IMG/VR virus record: IMGVR_UViG_3300042288_000346
Span: 1-55,602 of that record
DNA length: 55,602 nucleotides
Direction: 5' to 3' (one strand)
Source: a virus
Lineage: Duplodnaviria > Caudoviricetes
Made by a program: the position numbers and the translations under genes. The notes beneath the pieces are model-generated. The model was given only the letters and a program-made list of their open reading frames with translations. It was not told where the DNA came from and did not search any database. Positions 55,416 to 55,602 of this stretch are shown one piece after another. Every line of letters begins with the position of its first letter. Within the stretch, counting starts at the first letter, position 1.

Positions 55416-55602
55416 ACCGCGCTCCGGAAGGAGCCTTCTGCCGGCCCCACAACTGCAGAAGCGCAACCGACCCCAGTGGCACCTGTTGGAGAACCCGCAG
55501 CCACAGCCGAAACAACTACTGTTTCACAGCCTAGCACAACTGTTGTTTCTGACGCGCAAGCTGCAGCACCGACTGTTGAGCCTGCTGGAACAGCTGTTAC
55601 CC
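55416..55602. repeat. Terminal direct repeat, copy 2
   Basis: Matches bases 1-187 with one mismatch. Confidence 0.97.

Noticed and set aside
1-55602. tRNA or rRNA genes and stop-codon recoding
   Set aside because: No cloverleaf was recognised in the intergenic gaps. Core genes are intact under the standard code, and all three stop codons are used.

Overview
The window is an apparently complete, circularly closed dsDNA tailed-phage genome. Its unique length is about 55,415 bp: bases 55416-55602 repeat bases 1-187 with one synonymous mismatch. The layout is podovirus-like, with terminase, portal, scaffold, capsid, adaptors, tail fibre, tail tip and ejection proteins, and no tape measure, tube or sheath. 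It also has a lambdoid-style divergent early region (Cro-like protein, SSB, PD-(D/E)XK exonuclease, truncated replication initiator, DnaB-like helicase, Q-like protein). I see no integrase, CI repressor, primase or polymerase. The main observations are: (1) a minus-strand early operon with a long structured leader, punctuated by two intact type II hammerhead ribozymes and ending in a MoxR/CobS-type AAA+ ATPase and a HEXXH-vWA partner; (2) a ~2,804-aa polyvalent ejection protein spanning the contig join, with enzyme-like modules separated by QFS[RK] linkers; (3) a structured non-coding block upstream of an initiator that lacks its N-terminal DNA-binding half; (4) a tail-region protein ending in a Hint domain without the terminal His-Asn; and (5) a hairpin with a duplicated internal loop beside the scaffold RBS. 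All family calls come from motif recognition by eye, and no searches were run.
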